Shown here in pieces: positions 62,847-64,000 of a stretch of 64,000 nucleotides of DNA. Source of the DNA: an uncultured Candidatus Izemoplasmatales bacterium (GTDB lineage: Bacteria > Bacillota_I > Bacilli_A > Izemoplasmatales > Izemoplasmataceae); contig CAZOPM010000002.1 in assembly GCA_964581705.1 (NCBI GenBank), positions 1,687 to 65,686 of the forward strand, in the 5' to 3' direction. Every line of letters begins with the position of its first letter. Position 1 is the first letter of the stretch. The notes below the pieces were generated by a model. It did no database searches and had not been told where the DNA came from. It was given only the letters and a program-made list of their open reading frames with translations. A program made the position numbers and the translations under genes.

Positions 62847-64000
62847 ATGCACAAGACGAATAAACGATTATTACCATTAATGCTCATCTTGCTTATCACG
62901 CTGACTCTGTGGGCCTGTGGAAGCGGTGGAATCATTTCTGAGGTTCACAATCCCGACGCCATCAATGCGCCGCGGTATTCCAGTATTGATGCCATCGACT
63001 TTCCGCAAAGCGTGGAGGTTACACTTGAAGATGGCGGGACGCAGAGTGTAGAGGTGCTTTGGAACACCGGTGAGTTTGATGGCTCGAAAGTCGGCACTAT
63101 TACAGTTCCCGGCACAATCGTGAGTGATGCGCATGACAATCCCGATGATCTTCGCGCGACCCAGGCGATTGAGATTGAGCCTGTTTCTCTCAGTGAAACG
63201 CTCCAGGCGCAGGATGATTACGATTTGTTTGTAACGGCGCTAGAGGAAAGTGGTATTGCAAGTGAACTGGGTGAGGGACCACATACTTATTTTGCTCCGA
63301 CCAACGATGTGTTTGAGGATTTGATGGACGCGTTTGATTTGAGTGAGCGCGAATTTATGAATCTGGGCTTCCTCGAAACCATCGTTGAACGCCATATTGT
63401 CGAAGGCAATTATGGCGCTGCGGATTTCCAAGACGGGACAATTGAAAGCATTGGCGGGGAAATGATTAGTGTATCGGCCAACGATGCGGTTGTCTTGGAT
63501 GATGAAGCAGTCATCATTGAAGGAGACATAAAAACCACTGAGGGCATGGTCCATGGCATCGATGATTTCTTAGGCGATGATGATGCCTTTGGCGGCATTG
63601 ATGAGGATTTCTTTGATGATGAGACGTTTGAAATTCTTCTTGAATCGCTAGAAGAGGCGGGACTGGGCATTGAATTCTTTTTAAATGAGGACTACACGCT
63701 TTTCCTTCCCAATGAGGCTGCGATTGATGCGTTTGCTGACTCCCTTGATAAGACGCCTGAGGAGTTACTGGAGCTGGATGAGCTTCCAGAGCTTTTGGCG
63801 AATCATGTAGTAGAAGAGACGTTTACTATCGATGAAATTGTGGATGAATTGCCCAAAGACGTCACAACCTATGCCGATGAGACATATACCATTGATGAAG
63901 TCGATGGAGCGTTTATGATTGACGATGCGACCATATTGGGAATCGATGATTTTGAAGGCGACATATTCTTCCATGAAATCGACAAAGTCCTTGTTCCTGA
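62847..64000 (+). CDS. lipoprotein with an Ig-like domain and repeated fasciclin (FAS1) domains, 3' end beyond the window
   Basis: Absent from the ORF track because there is no stop in the window. GAAGGTG SD precedes ATG 62847. Lipobox LTLWAC. The frame is open for 384 codons. FAS1 motifs: TYFAPTNDVF, GMVHGIDDFL, TLFLPNEAAIDAF, FFHEIDKVLVP. Confidence 0.8.
   Translation, partial: MHKTNKRLLPLMLILLITLTLWACGSGGIISEVHNPDAINAPRYSSIDAIDFPQSVEVTLEDGGTQSVEVLWNTGEFDGSKVGTITVPGTIVSDAHDNPDDLRATQAIEIEPVSLSETLQAQDDYDLFVTALEESGIASELGEGPHTYFAPTNDVFEDLMDAFDLSEREFMNLGFLETIVERHIVEGNYGAADFQDGTIESIGGEMISVSANDAVVLDDEAVIIEGDIKTTEGMVHGIDDFLGDDDAFGGIDEDFFDDETFEILLESLEEAGLGIEFFLNEDYTLFLPNEAAIDAFADSLDKTPEELLELDELPELLANHVVEETFTIDEIVDELPKDVTTYADETYTIDEVDGAFMIDDATILGIDDFEGDIFFHEIDKVLVP

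Noticed and set aside
1-64000. Mobile elements, prophage, CRISPR arrays, tRNA/rRNA genes
   Set aside because: Reading both strands, I saw no transposase, integrase or recombinase-like ORF, no terminal inverted repeats bounding the islet, no regularly spaced direct repeats of CRISPR type, and no tRNA T-arm (GGTTCGAATCC-like) matches. A tRNAscan/Infernal run would be the proper check.

Overview
This window is a chromosomal segment of mid-range GC (judged by eye, not counted). It has strong Shine-Dalgarno (SD) sites, lipobox lipoproteins, L-box riboswitches and a PTS-type DhaKLM. That suggests a Bacillota/Mollicutes-related genome, but this is inference only. Housekeeping and biosynthetic operons dominate: typA; a lysine/DAP acetylase-branch cluster (one gene plus an 8-gene operon), each part behind its own lysine riboswitch; a complete hisZGDCBHAF(IE)-hisJ operon followed directly by aroF-tyrA-aroA-aroC; a 9-gene Mbh-like Mrp antiporter cluster; dhaKLM; fabV; several ABC exporters and oxidoreductases. 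I saw no rRNA, tRNA, CRISPR array, transposase or integrase. Five things stand out. (1) An accessory islet at 11.5-14.3 kb sits between two paralogous SDR genes. It carries a tightly coupled GIY-YIG nuclease plus double-zinc-ribbon gene pair, two tiny membrane proteins and about 1 kb of ORF-free sequence, including a roughly 550-nt stretch with the heptamer TGGACAC phased every 98-99 nt. This is my best candidate for an undescribed system. (2) The his operon has a His-codon leader-peptide attenuator, and the aro operon has a possible Tyr-codon one. (3) An orphan promoter-operator-hairpin-terminator unit shares a 17-nt Fur-family-like box with a His/Asp-rich znuA-like gene, making it a candidate metal-responsive sRNA. 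(4) A lipoprotein has two barnase-fold domains that both lack the catalytic Glu, with no barstar gene nearby. (5) There is a stand-alone eRF1/Pelota-like (baeRF) gene. Two genes cut by the window edges (1-714 and 62847-64000) are missing or truncated in the ORF track. Several track ORFs carry spurious N-terminal extensions, which I re-called using SD spacing.
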